Of a stretch of DNA of 64,000 nt, positions 24,830-37,977 are shown in pieces. The stretch is from Chiloscyllium plagiosum. Taxonomy: Eukaryota. The notes below the pieces were generated by a model that saw only the letters and a program-made list of their open reading frames with translations, did not search any database and was not told where the DNA came from. The translations under genes were made by a program, and so were the position numbers. The stretch lies in contig NC_057749.1 of assembly GCF_004010195.1 (NCBI RefSeq), positions 11,513,540 to 11,577,539 of the forward strand, given 5' to 3'. Positions within the stretch are counted from its first letter, which is position 1, and every line of letters begins with the position of its first letter.

Positions 24830-25999
24830 CAAAGTTTAAAAATCACACAACACCAGGTTCTAGTCCAACAGGTTTATTTGGAAGCACTAGCTTTCGGAGC
24901 ACTGCTCCTTCATCAGGTGGTTGTGGGGGATAAGATTGTAAGACACAGAATTTATAGCAAAGGTTTACAATGTGATGTAACTGAAATTATATATTGAAAA
25001 AGACCTGGCTTGTTTAAGTCTCTCATCTTTTAGAATGACCATGGTGGTTTTCGTTCTTTTATATGTAAATCACAAAATTTTTTTTAAAGTTACATTCTCA
25101 AGTGAACGTCAACAATTGGTGTCATGTTGGCCCAAATAATGTATTGAAGGTGTTAACTCCCTGTGTGAGGCTGTCCACAATGGTCACACAGATTCTAATC
25201 TAAAAAAACGGATTTACAGAATCTTACACGGATTCATGCAGTTTTTGAGCAAAGCAAAATGTAATTTTACTTCGGTACCCATGGGGATGGCCTCAACCAT
25301 GACCTTTGGTTCATGCCACACTCCAGGTGACCCCATTGCACTATACACACTCCCAGACAGATGGACTCGCGCACACACGCGCTTTCACGCGCACCCTCTC
25401 ACAGACTAAACCCCTTTGCACATGCTCTCACCCTCTCACAGACACTCATAAACCCCCCCCACAACCACCACCATCATCGCACGCAAATGCACACATAAGC
25501 ATATAAGTTGTACTTTGTACTTGTAGAATTACATTTTACTTTCCTCAAAAACTGCATGAATCCATGTGAGATTCTATAAATCCATTTTTTAGATTAGAAT
25601 CAGTCTGACCATTGTGGACAGCCTCTCATAGGGAGTTAACACCTTCAATACATTATCTGGGCTGACATGACACCAATTGTTAAAGGTCAGTTGAGAATGT
25701 AACTTTTTAAAAAAAAAAATTGTGATTTACATATGAAAGAACTGAAACCACCATGGTCATTCTGAAAGATGAAAAACTTAAACAAACCAGGTCTTTTTCA
25801 ATATATAATTTCAGTTACATCACATTGTAAAACACAGAATTTATAGCAAAGGTTTACAATCTTCTCCACAACCACCTGGTGAAGGAACAATGCTCTGAAA
25901 GCTAGTGTTTCCAAATAAACCTGTTGGACTATAGCCTGGTGTTGTGCGATTTTTAACTTTGTACACCCCAGTCCATCATCAGTGTCTCCGAATCATGAT
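24830..25999. mobile_element. Large fold-back PLE element (family B), arms approx. 440 bp, TSD gcaaggtgga
   Basis: TSD at 24820-24829 and 26000-26009; spacer encodes GIY-YIG C-terminus-like FGTHGDGLNHDLWFM; hammerhead cores at 24885-24919 (-) and 25873-25907 (+); inserted in a + strand CR1. Confidence 0.88.
24885..24919 (-). ncRNA. Minimal type I hammerhead ribozyme motif
   Basis: Reverse complement: cac-CTGATGA-a-ggagc-agt-gctcc-GAAA-GCTA-gtg (stem I cac/gtg, perfect 5-bp stem II). Confidence 0.78.
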
Positions 26000-26950
26000 G
26001 CAAGGTGGATGAAGGTAAGATGTTGGGAAGTTAGAACCAGTGGGCACAATTCAAAAATAAGAGTTGGGGCAGGGAGTGTCATTTTAGGTCTGTGATGTGC
26101 AGAAGGTTGCGAATCTTGCGCATTCTCTACCACTTAGGGCTTTGGAAGCTCAATATGGCGCGAATATAAAAAGCATGGATGTCCATTTGAGGCTTCATAA
26201 GGCTCTGGTCAGGCCACATTAGGAGTATTGTGCAGAGTTTCAAGCCCCATATTTGAATATATTTAAAGTAAGGATTGATAGATTGATAAATTTCTGATTA
26301 CGAATAGTGTACAGGGCTATGGGGGGATGAGGTGGGTAAAGGCATTGAAGTAATTCAATCAACGATGATCATATCAAATGATGGTGCAGGTTCAGCTGGC
26401 TGACTGGCCTATTCCTGTTCTGATGTTAAATTAAAACATTTATAATACAGAGGAGACTCTCTTAAGTATAAGCAATAATTTGAAGTTAAGCAAATCTGCT
26501 GTAAACTAGCATTGCTTATTTAATGGACAGCTTTTGTCATTAACTTTCTTGGCAAATGGGCCATCTCTGCATTAAAGTTATAAAGCGTATCACTATTTTG
26601 GGTTGGATTTGCAATAAAACTCCCTCTGGTAACACTACATGCAATAATTTTTAAAAAGAATGCTTGGATTGGATCAAGGGAGGTTTTGTTTCATCTGTGA
26701 ATGCTAACTTGGCTCATTTAACTGCAAAATGACCGAAGACTTCCATTGAACAAAATGAAGGTTGACTGTGAGAAGTCCAATGTTAAAAGCGCTTTCCCTG
26801 TTTGCAATGGTAATGGGGAAAAAAAACCCAAAATCCTCTGTTCAGGTGTGCATGAGAAGCAAATGGAAGAAGTTATATTTGTCAACCTTTACCTATGCAG
26901 TGGTTTGTTAAGTGCTGTTTGTGTCAGTTCATATGTTTTTGTTTTGGCAG

Positions 26951-27053
26951 TGAGAATGATCGGGTCGCGATGGTTAATGGAGTTTCAATGGATAATGTTG
27001 AACATGCTTTTGCTGTCCAGCAGCTACGGAAAAGTGGAAAGAATGCAAAAATT
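26951..27053 (+). CDS. TJP1: TJP1 exon (approx. 4), PDZ1: [34 protein letters not shown]
   Basis: ggcag/gtaagt boundaries; 103 nt; phase matches the preceding exon. Confidence 0.97.
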
Positions 27054-28709
27054 GTAAGTAAAGTTACAAAGTTTAATTCTGTTCAGACAATCGATTTAGT
27101 GAAAGCTGTCACTGCATTTAACAGACAATGGGAAGCATTATTAGATACATTTGCTAATATGTGTATTTTTCATCAATTTTATTGGAATTGTAGATCATAA
27201 TATTGGAATTATGTTGTTGCCTGTTTCACATGTCACAACATCTTCATTTAACAGTCCTGTCCCAATAGGAAGTATGGAAGTGCAGACACTACATGGGGTG
27301 TAGTACTATGTAAACCTAATTCGCTGAACTCCAAGCATTTGTATTGCAATTATACGAAACAATCAACTTAAACAAGAGCTGTTTAGTTCAGGGGATTATC
27401 TCTTTGGAGCAAATGCAAACAAAGGTCATGAGTGCAAAAGGATAGGTTAACAATATAAATGCTGAAGTTGCAAGAATGTTTATATGGAGGCTTGAAAGGA
27501 CAGAATAAGAGCATTGCTTAAACAAATGCTGTCAAAGCTTTTAGTTCTGCACTTGACAGAATCACGAGAATGCCAAATCTCAAGGGAACAGCAGTTTATA
27601 CTATTGAGTGGAGGATACTGATTGATTGGTAAAGGCATTGCTATGAAGAGTGCACCAGCTAACAGTTAACTGCTCAACCTCAATTTCAAACCAGGCGTTT
27701 TGATTTTGATCAAAGCACAAGGTCTACGAGGAGTGCACCAGGGAATGGCAGTTCCCTAAACTCTTGTTAGTTGAAAAAGATGCACTGCATGTTCTTGTTC
27801 TTGTTCTTTCTGTCTTCAAAAGTCAGGACAGATTGCTTCTAGCATGTGCAAGTGAGCCAGACTTGATCTAAAATTGGTTGTTAGTGTAACTCTTAACACA
27901 GTCAAGGCTGTCCAACTCAAAATCACATCTGATGGAGGACACTACGTTCTGAGTTTTATAAGCGTAAGCTGTTGCAAACAGTGAAAGAACACACTGATCC
28001 TCCAGCCTCAAATTTACACCCTGCAAGCTTGGCATTGCACTGACAATGCAACTCTCAAATCACATTAATCATTAGTATGTTAGGCAGTGTGTTTTTTTGG
28101 CTTGATTGCAGTATTCTGTTTGTGAAGAATGCGTTCATGTTGCTGTTGCAGTATAGCAGGGTGAAATTACTGTTTCACTTACTCATGTTTTGAAACATCT
28201 CACCTTTCCAGGGTAATTTGAGGTAAACATCACATTCCTGTCCATTTGTGAGCTTGAATAATGTATACGGTACAATGATCTTTTTAAGGTAACTATTATC
28301 CCAACTATGTCACTACCTCCCTGCATTGGCAACAGTATTCATCACAGCCCAGTACAGGTTGTTCTTCATTGGTTTCATTAATCTTTGTCATGTGTACCCA
28401 AGTAAAGTGAAAAGGCTTGTTTTGCATGCAGTACAGGCAGATCATAACACACTGTTCAATCATCCTATGATCTTTGAGTGAAATCAAGAGCAAGGTCAAC
28501 ATGAGATTTGAAATTTGAGAGGTCAGTTCAGAAGTCTAACAACAACAGGGAAGAAACTGTTCTTGAATCTGTTAGCATGTGTTTAAGCTTTTGTATGTAC
28601 TGCCTGACAGAAGAGGTTGGAACAGAATATAACTGGGGTAGGAAGGGTCTTTCATGTTGGCTGTTTTACCAAGGTATCGTGAAGTGTAAATTGGCTCGCC
28701 TGATAGTGC

Positions 28710-28913
28710 AGTGCAAGTGAAGACTGCAGATGCTGAAGATCAGAGTTGAGCGTGTAGTGCTGGAAAAGCACAGCAGATCAGGCAGCATTTGAGGAGCAGG
28801 AGAATTGATGTTTCGGGCATAAGATTCCTGATGAAGGGCTTACGCCCGAAATGTCAATTCTCCTGCTCCTCAGATGCTGCCTGACCTGCAGTGCTTTTCC
28901 AGCACTACACTCC
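28710..28913. mobile_element. Fold-back PLE element (family A)
   Basis: Inverted arms; hammerhead CTGATGA-agggcttacgccc-GAAATGTC at 28828-28855; degenerate TSD gcctgatagtgc/gcctaaaagtgc. Confidence 0.8.
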
Positions 28914-30358
28914 TGCCTAAAAGTGCGGGCTGTATTCACAACTGTGTCGTTTCTTATGATCCAGGGCAGAACAGTTGCTATAGCAAGCTATGATGCATCC
29001 AGGTAGAATGCTGTCTATGGTATATTTATAAAAGCTGATGAGAGTCCTTATGGACATGCCAAATTTCCTTAGCCTCCTGTGGAAGTAGAGACATTTTTGT
29101 GCCGCCTTGACCGTCTCATCAACATGTGTGGTCCAGGACAGATTATTGGTGATCAGAACTTGATGCTATTGACCATTTTTGCCTCAGCTCCATTGATGTA
29201 GTTAGAGGCATGCCTTCCTCCTTGCTTCCTGAAGTCGATCTTTCATTTTGCTGACATTGACTGAGAGATTGTTGTCTTTGCACCACATCACCAAGCACTC
29301 TGTCTCATTCCTGCATTCAGTAATGTCATTGTTTGATATCTGGCCTACAATGATGGTGTCGTAAAAGAACTTGTAGATGGAGTTTGGGTTAACTTTGGCT
29401 ACACAGTCAGGAGTGTATAGAGAGTACTGTAAGTGGCTAAGTATGTGGGATGCGAGTGTTAAGGATTGTCATGGAGGAGATACTGTTGCCATTCTTTGCT
29501 TGTGGTTTGTGGGTCAGGAAAGTGAGGATCCAGTTGCTAAGGGCGGAGCAGAGATCTAGGCCTCAGAGTTTGGTTGGGATTCTGAAGTTGAAGGTGGAGC
29601 TGTGGTCAATAGTAGAAGCCTGACATGGATATCCTTATTATCCAGATGTTCTAAGGATGAGTGTAGGGCTAGGGAGATGGTGTCTGCCAATGATCTGTTG
29701 GACCCGTAGGCAAATTGTAATGGATCGAGTCAGGCTGGGAGTTGAGAGTTGATTTGAGCCATGACAAACCTTTCAAATACTTCATGATTATGGAGGTCAG
29801 AGGCCCTGGCAGTAGACATGGAGGCACATTGCATGTGTTTTCTTTAGTATGGGATGATGTTGGTGGTCTTGAAGCAGATGGGATCTTCAAATTGTAAGAA
29901 GAAGAGGTTAAAGATGTCAGCAAATACTCTGATCGTTTGGTCCACGCAGGATCTGAGTGCACAGCCAGGTACTCTATCCGAGCCACTTGCTTTCTGTGCG
30001 TTCACTATTGAGTGAACCCATGGATGTCTGCAGTGATGACAGAAGGAACAGGTGCATCTGAGGCTATCTGGGCAGTGACACCATTTCACGAACATTATAT
30101 TCAAACTCAGTAAAATGACTTGAACACATTAGGACAGGATGCGTTTTTGTCTGCTGTTCTGCTTCATTTTGCAGCCTGTTATGTTGTGTAGGCCTTTCCA
30201 CAGATGACAGGTGTTTGTATGATTAGTTTGGGATTCAAATTTAGTCCGGTTCGCCTCTTGGTATCTCTAATGGCTTTACACATTTCCTGTAAATGTCCAG
30301 GTCGTCTGACTTGGGCACCGCATGCCGAGTCTTCAGTAGGCCGTAGATTTCCTGATTT

Positions 30359-32435
30359 ATAGAACATTACAGCGCAGTACAGGCCCTTCGGCCCTCGATG
30401 TTGCGCCAACCTGTTATACCAATCTGAAGCCCATCTAATCTACACTATTCCATGTACGTTCATGTGCTCGTCCAATGACGACTTAAATGTACTTAAAGTT
30501 GATGAATCTACTACCGTTGCAGGCAAAGCATTCCATACCCTTACTACTGAGTAAAGAAACTACCTCTGACATCTGCCCTATATCTATCACCCCTCAATTT
30601 ATAGCTATGCCCCCTCGTGCTCGCCATCACCATCGCTGGAAAAAGGCTGTCCCTATCCACCCTATCTAACCCTCTGATTATCTTATGTCTCTATTAAGTC
30701 ACCTCAGCCACCTTCTCTCTAACGAAAACAGCCTCAAGTCCCTCAGCCTTTCATCGTAAGACCTTCCCTCCATACCAGGCAACATCCTAGTAAATCTCCT
30801 TTGCACCCTTTCCAAAGCTTCCACATCCTTATAATGCGGTGACCAGAACTGTACACAGTATTCCAAGTGTGGCCGCACCAGAGTTTTGTACAGCTGCAGC
30901 ATAACCTCATGGTTCTGGAACTTGGTCCCTCTATTCATAAAAGCTAAAACACTGTGTGCCTCCTTAACAACCCTGTCAGCCTGGGTGGCAACTTTCAAGG
31001 ATCTGTGTACATGGACACAGAGATCTCTCTGCTCATCTACGCTACCAAGAATCTTACCATTAGCCCTTACCATTAGTACTTTGCATTCCGGTTACTCTGA
31101 CCAAAGTGAATCACCTCACACTTGTCCGCATTAAACTCCGTTTGCCACCTCTCAGCCCAGCTGTGCAGCTTATCTATGTCTCTCTGTAACCCACAACATC
31201 CTTCGTCACTATCCACAACTCCACCAACCTTCGTGTCGTTTGCAAATTTACTAACCCACCCTTCTACGCCCTCATCCAGGTCGTTTACAGAAATGACGTA
31301 CAGCAGTGGACCCAACACCGACTCTTGCAGTAACCGCTAGTAACTGGACTCCAGGACGAACATTTCCCATCAAGCACCACCCACTGTCGTCTTTCAGCTC
31401 ACTAATTATTGATCCAAACTGCTATATCTCCCACAATCCCATTCCTCTGCTTTTTGTACAATAGGCTACTGTGGGGAACCTTATCAAATGCCTTGCTGAG
31501 ATCCATATACACCACATCAACCGATTTACTCTCATCTACCTGTTTGGTCACCTTCTCAAAGAACGCAATAAGTTTTGTGAGGCACGACCTACCCTTCACA
31601 AAACCGTGCTGACTATCCCTAATCAAATTATTCTTTTCTAGATGATTATAAATCCTATCTCTTATAACCTTTTCCAACACTTTTTACCAACAACTGAAGT
31701 AAGACTCATTGGTCTATAATTACCAGGGTTGTCTCTATTCCCCTTCTTGAACAGGGGAACCACATTTGCTATCCTCCAGTCTTCTGGCACTATTCCTGTA
31801 CACAATGATGATTTAAAGATCAATGCCAAAGGCTCAGCAATCTCCTCCCTGGCTTCCCAGAGGATCCCATCCAGCCCAGGGGACTTACTATTTTCACACT
31901 CTGCAACATTTCTAATACCTCTTCCTTGTGAACCTCAATCCCACCTAGTCTAGTAGCCTGTATCTCAGTATTCTCCTCGACAACATTGTCGTTTTCTAGA
32001 ATGAATACTGTCGAAAAATATTCATTTAGTGCTTCCCCTATCTCCTCTGACTCCACACACAACTTCCCACTACTATCCTTGATTGGCCCTAATCTTACAC
32101 TCATCATTCGTTTATTCCTTAAATACCTATAGAAAACCTTAGGGTTTACCCTGATCCTATCTGCCAACAACTTCTCATGTCTCCTCCAGGCTCTTCTGAG
32201 CTCTCTCTTTAGGTCTTTCCTGGCTACCTTGTAACCCTCAAGCGCCCTAACTGAGCCTTCACATCTCATCCTAACATAAGCCGCCTTCTTCCTCTTGACC
32301 AGAGATTTCACTTCCTTCGTAAACCACTGCTCCCGCACGCTACAGCTTCCTCCCTGCCTGACAGGTACATAATTTTCTAGGACACACAGGAGCTTTTCCT
32401 TGAATAAGTTCCACATTTCTAATGTGCCCATCCCC
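30359..32435 (-). mobile_element. CR1-like LINE, relatively well preserved ORF2 (RT) 3' 2 kb
   Basis: QHGFVKGRSCLT...[40 protein letters not shown]. Confidence 0.92.
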
Positions 32436-32442
32436 TTCAGGA

Positions 32443-32557
32443 CCCCGAAACGTCGATTATCCTAGTCCTCTGATGCTGTCTGACCTGCTGTGCTTTTCCA
32501 GCACCACTCTAATCTTGACTCTGATCTCCAGCATCTGCAGTCCTCACCTTTGCCTAG
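32443..32557 (+). mobile_element. PLE 3' end (family A), single arm
   Basis: cccgaaacgtcgatt...ctccagcatctgcagtcctcacctttgcctag. Confidence 0.75.
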
Positions 32558-34129
32558 CATTCTCATTGCAATAGAGTTCTCATGTGGACCAGTCCACCAA
32601 TTCCATGCAGTCCTGCAGAAGCTCCTCTTCTGCCTCAGACCAGCGCTGTACTACTTTCTGTACTGGGTCCTCACATTTCAACTTCTGCTTGCAAAGTGGG
32701 AGGCGGAACACAGCATTGTGATCTGATTTTCCAAAGTGTGGAACGATAGGCATCTTTGGTTGTGTAACAATAATTAAGAATGTGCGATCCTCTGGTAAGA
32801 GATGTATTTTGATAGCACTCTCTTGAGGTTTGCCTGATTGAAGTCACCAGCTGCAATGAATGAACCCTCAAGTGCATTTGTCAGGGTGTAAATTTCATCC
32901 AGACCAGCCTTCACTTTTGCATGGGGTGGTATGTTGACTGCTGTTAGGATGGCAGAGGTGAACTCTCGTGGCAGTAATAAGGATGGTGTTTCAGTATGGA
33001 TACTCTAGGTCCTGTGAGCAGTGATCTGCCAGGGTCACCACTTCTGAGCACCGGGGGTGTTGATTAGGAGGCAAATTCCACTGCCCTTTGCCTTACGTGA
33101 GCATGCCATGTGGTTCGTGCTGTTAAGTTTTTTTTTCTGAAGTTCTTTACGCACTTGATGCAACTGCAATGTCAACTTCTGTGAACAACAACCAAATTTA
33201 TTAAACACAGTACAAGCTTTCTGGAGGAACCTTTAACACACCTTGCAGGGCTAATGGGGTTGTGGCAAAAGCTCTCCCTGAACCAAGGAAACAGTCCTTC
33301 CTTTATACAAAATCTTTGCATCACAGTTAGTAATGTCTACAAGACAACCCCCACAGTCACATGCCTTTCAAGGCACAATGCAATGACTACTTCACCTGAG
33401 AAACAATGTAATGCAAATCATTCCATAATGGTCAAATCAGTCGTCAATCTTTTTTTGTAACTATTGGGCAGTAGTCAAATTCCAACTGTAATGTTCTTAT
33501 TGACTTCTGAATAGCGGATGAAAATGTAAATTATAGGATATGACAATGTAACTGGCTTTTGAATAATTTGGCCATGCAAAATGGATTTGAATGCCAAGAG
33601 ATGGGATGTGATTTCCTTACAGACTACCTGCAAATCAGAGACATCCCATCCTAGCCTCGGGACATAGAATTTCCTGAAGGTCAACAGAGCAAATGAACTC
33701 TTTAATATCTCAATGTCATGCATAGAGAAAGCCTCAAATTGTAATTCATTGGGAATTATTAAAGTTTCACCTTGCCTGAAATAGTTGGCATTCAGTTTCC
33801 CAGCATTGTGCATGAGTGAAATAGCCTTACTGAATTGAATTTACATTTATTGTTGCGTGTAGTCGCAGGAGTACAGTGAAAAGTTTACAAATCATCACTT
33901 AAGGTGCCATCTTAGGTACAAGGGTACCTTGGTATGGAATCTTAGTACCTTACTAGTAGATGAAAGGCACAAATAGCCCAAATGAAATTTTCTCCACCTC
34001 AACTCTGGTGTAAAAAGTATTCAAATCTTTCAAATGAGAGTGTTTCCTTTATCATGATTGGAAACATTGTCAATTGCAGTTCTATTTATGTATTACCATT
34101 ACTACCTCAGAACAGCAAATTGTTTTACA

Positions 34130-34432
34130 GCTGATAACATGTTTTTGCAGTTTAGTCACTATAGGAAACACTGCTGTAGGTTTCCATGCAGTGAGACAGA
34201 CAACTACATCTGCTTTTGAGTGCATATTGACACACAAATGTTGGTCAGAACAACAGGAACAACTGCCCTGCTCAGCTTAACATCTCATCCAAAAGATGAT
34301 TGCAGTAACATTGCAGCACTCTCTCTCAGTACTGAACTGGAGTGCCAATATGGATCATTTGGTTAAATGTTTAGAGTGGGACTTGAATCCACATCCCCTG
34401 ACTTAAAGTCAAGAGCACTATCCGCTGAACAC
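34130..34432 (-). mobile_element. Deu-SINE (SacSINE1-like), old copy
   Basis: Reverse complement has a tRNA-like head (...ggattcaagtcccact) then ctccagttcagtactgagagagagtgctgca...tttggatgagatgttaa. Confidence 0.65.
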
Positions 34433-34513
34433 ATTTCAATGGAAATCTGTAAGAGTAGGCAAAGTAAGAACTCTTGATCTGTCAACTGATGCTATACTTT
34501 TTAATGTTCTCAG

Positions 34514-34805
34514 ACAATTAGGAGAAAACGAAAAATTCAGATGCCAGTCTCAAGACCGGAGCCAGACCGTCAGCCCATTTCAGAACCTGAGGATGACAGT
34601 TATGAGGAAGAGGAAGTGTACGATCGAAAAAGTGGAAGAAGTGGACCAAGTCCCTACAGTGGGAGGCGGAGTGAGAGGAGCATTGGGAGGAGAGAAGGGA
34701 GCAGAGAGAGAAGCTTGTCACCAAGATCAGAACGACGATCAGTGTCATCAAATCTTCCACCAAAACCCATCAAAGTGACATTGGTCAAATCTAGGAAGAG
34801 TGAAG
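34514..34805 (+). CDS. TJP1: TJP1 exon (approx. 5): TIRRKRKIQMPVSRPEP...RERSLSPRSERRS...KPIKVTLVKSRKSE, linker and start of PDZ2
   Basis: ctcag/gtgagt boundaries; 292 nt; ORF 34541-34816 overlaps it. Confidence 0.96.
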
Positions 34806-35256
34806 GTGAGTGTTGATCAGGAAAATGCAAAAGGTTAGATAATTATCTTAAATTGAGATTGAACAGATTTATGTGATGTTTATGGCCAAAATTGCTCATT
34901 TCTCCAGTTAAACCAAACTTGAGAAAATAAAATACTTCTAACTATGAAGTATCACTGTTAAGCTGGTCATTGGTCAAGGTGTTTATGTATGTATGTTTAA
35001 CACTTTTCTGCTAGTGATAAGCGATAGGTGCTCAGTATAATCTCTTACCATTGTAGCATTACTTGAGCAAAATGATAATTATCCTCCAGAGCTCTCACAT
35101 GAGCACAGTATGGTGCTCAGTGGAGAAATCATGGTTAGCTGCCCTCTATCCAGGGACTATTGCTGGAAACTCTTTATGTAGCAGATATCAGCAGAATTCT
35201 GTGTGGCTTAATTTTTTTTTTCAAGAATATCTTCCAGAATTCACCATCTTCATTCA

Positions 35257-36432
35257 TGCTTATGCAGATGTTGGTGTACTGTACCCTTAAAGTCAAAAGC
35301 TAGCAGAATTACCTGACAACACCGAGTGTTTTGAACAAGATATAATGTAACCTTCTGGTCCCGCAGTGAGTGTAGCTGGTTGCCTGGAGGCAACAAAAAC
35401 AAATTTGAATTGGGCCAATCTGTTTAAATGATATCCAAAAAAAAAACCAAACTCCATCAAGTTTGAATTTAGTATATTGACAATATTAAAAGCCAGTGAC
35501 ACAACCTGATGCTGTGGGGGTATAAGACTGGGAAAAATTGAACAGTTGAGAGGAAGATCAACAGATGTAGACTCCTAGTCAGAACTGTCTGAGAGGAACC
35601 TGTCTAGAGAAGGAACTTGCACAGAGAAAAACATTGACACCAACCTGGAGAGCAAATCTGCAAAGAGAAGATTCGACAGGTTTTACTTTTTTAAAAAGAA
35701 TTACTCCATGACACAACAGTTGGGGCCTCGTCCGGGATATCAAATGTTATATCATAGGGTAAACTCTCCTGCTTAATTTAAACCTGCAACACAGAAAAGA
35801 TTTATCTCGTGCAGTAATCTGTGAAACTTCGGGGCCAAAAACTAGTTAAAGTAAAAGTAACCACTTTATTTCTTAAAGTATAACAGCGAATAATTAACTA
35901 ACAGCTATTTATAACTCCTTCCTCTAACCTATCTTTTATTTTCCCTTCTAAAATAATAGTCTAAAAAAAACCCCGATTTAACATTTACTGAAAAATTCCA
36001 ATTTAAAAACCAGCCAGCTGTCGAATCTTCTCTTTGCAGACTTGCTCTCCAGGTTGATGTTTTTCTCTGTATAAACTCCTTCTCCAGACAGGTACTTCTC
36101 AGACACTTCTGATGAGCAGTCTACATCTGTTGACCTATTGGCTGTTCTTTCTCAACTGTTCAATTTTTCCCGGTCTTATACCCCACAGCATTGGATTGTG
36201 TCATTGGTTTTTAATATTGTCAATATACTAAATTCAAACTTGATTAGTGTTTAGTTTTTTTGGGGGGTATAGTTTGAACTGTCCCAATTCAAATTTGTTT
36301 TTGTTGTCTCCAGATAACCAGCTGTACTAGTTGTTGGACGAAAGATCACATTATATCTTGTTCCAAACAGGCTGTCAGGTAGTTCTGCTAGCTTTTAACT
36401 TTCGAGTACAGAACACCTACATCTTCATAATA
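35257..36432. mobile_element. Two LTRs of one family in inverted orientation separated by a tRNA-Pro PBS
   Basis: LTR(+) approx. 35257-35718; tggggcctcgtccgggat at 35721-35738; LTR(-) approx. 35745-36432; 35260-35575 is the reverse complement of approx. 36115-36430. Confidence 0.75.
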
Positions 36433-37241
36433 ATACATGCTGAATGTATGATGCGGTATTCAAAAATCACTGGTAACTTCAGGCTGAGATGCAAACTAGT
36501 GCTTTTCTGATGGGAGAGCGTTGATTAGTGTGAGGCAGTGGAAACTGATATGCTGGCTAAATACCCAAGAGTGGTCAAAAGTAAAAATCTAAACTGTAGG
36601 ACCCCTGCACTGTCACCTGACACAGGGGAGCCGCTCAAGTGGTCAAAGGTTTAGAGAATGGGACAATTCAATGCAGTACAGTTGGATACTCATATCAAAC
36701 AGGATGGTCACAAAATTGTAGGTTATTAAGAAAAAGCTTTTATGCAGGGCTCCACTTTGTGGTCAGCATGCTTCCTGAGATAGATGGTTCTTTATTTTTA
36801 AAGTGGTTTCCTACTTTGCCTATGGGAGCAGAATGGTGCAAACAGGGTTCAGTCTGCTCCGTGGTTGATTTTTGTTTTGTTTGTTTTTGACGTTGGTCAG
36901 AGTCCATTATGGCAGTGAAAAAGTTAAGAGTGAGAGTTTAAGTGCAGTGCTGAAGATTACAGTTGAGCAATTGCAAATGTGAAGTTCTGCTCTGATAGCC
37001 ATTTTGCTGTAGATTGAGAATGGTGTCCATAAATTTCTAAATTTTTTTGTTATTTCACAATACCTTCTCTGAAGTTAATGCAAATCATGTAGTTTAGCCG
37101 TTAGAGAGTTGGCAGGGATCAATCTACAAGTCACAATTGCATTCACAAATATTGAAATTTATTCATTATCCATCCTTATTATAAACTGATATATAAACTG
37201 CAATATAAATATATTGCACTAGCAAATTAAAGGCTTAGAAC

Positions 37242-37582
37242 TGGGTAGCACAGTGGCTCAGTGGTTAGCACTGTTGCATCACAGCGCCAAATCCAGTCTC
37301 TGGCAACTGAATTGTGTGGAATTTGCACATTCTCCCCATATCTGCATGGGTTTCTTCCGGGTTCTCCGGTTTCCCCCACAATCCAAAGATGTGCAGGTTA
37401 GGTGAATTGACCATGTTAAATTGCCCATAATATTCAAGGATGTGTAGTTGGTGCATTCGTCAGTGGAAATTTGGAATAATAAGGTAAGGGAATTGATCGG
37501 GGTGGAATACTCTTTGGAGGGTCATTGTGAACTTGTTGGGCCAAATAGCCTGTTTTCACACTGTAGGAATTCTATGATTCTA
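37242..37582 (+). mobile_element. V-SINE (HE1-like), near full length
   Basis: tRNA-like head gtggctcagtggttagcactg, V core, tail cactgtaggaattctatgattcta. Confidence 0.85.
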
Positions 37583-37977
37583 ACTGGTTATGTCGAAAGG
37601 ACCCAGGTCTCTGGTATGAGGTACACACGTGAACTGTCAGCTGCTGCAACGTTTGGTCCTTTTTTTTTTTAAAAAAAAGTAATATTTTAGTTTGAAATCT
37701 GTTCCTACTATTTGGTTTTGGGTTTTTTAAAATAGAAAATTCAGAAAGGTGTGTAAGTTGCTGGCTTCTTGTTTGTACGTGGTTCCATAGCTATCTGTTG
37801 ATCTTGGTATTTATCAAAGTTTGTCTTTGTGTGTGAGCTTTTATCATGAGTTACAACAACTGTTCACCATTTCAGCAACATAACCCAAGTTTTTGTTTTT
37901 CTTCATTGTGTTCTGAGCTCTGCCGGATGCTCTGTTCTTCATGACCTTGATAGCACGTCGGTGCAAATCAACATTCA

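Larger units (their letters stand above)
28370..33130 (-). mobile_element. Rex1/Babar-like LINE, decayed, interrupted by a PLE hairpin, a CR1 and a PLE tail
   Basis: Minus-strand fragments KASGSDRVPGCALRSCVDQ...FADIFNL...CFKTTNIIP, LTSIIMK and CYTTKDAY. Confidence 0.65.

Noticed and set aside
37242..37300. tRNA genes at SINE heads and PBS sites
   Set aside because: Only tRNA-derived SINE heads or 18-nt PBS complements are present, with no complete cloverleaf.
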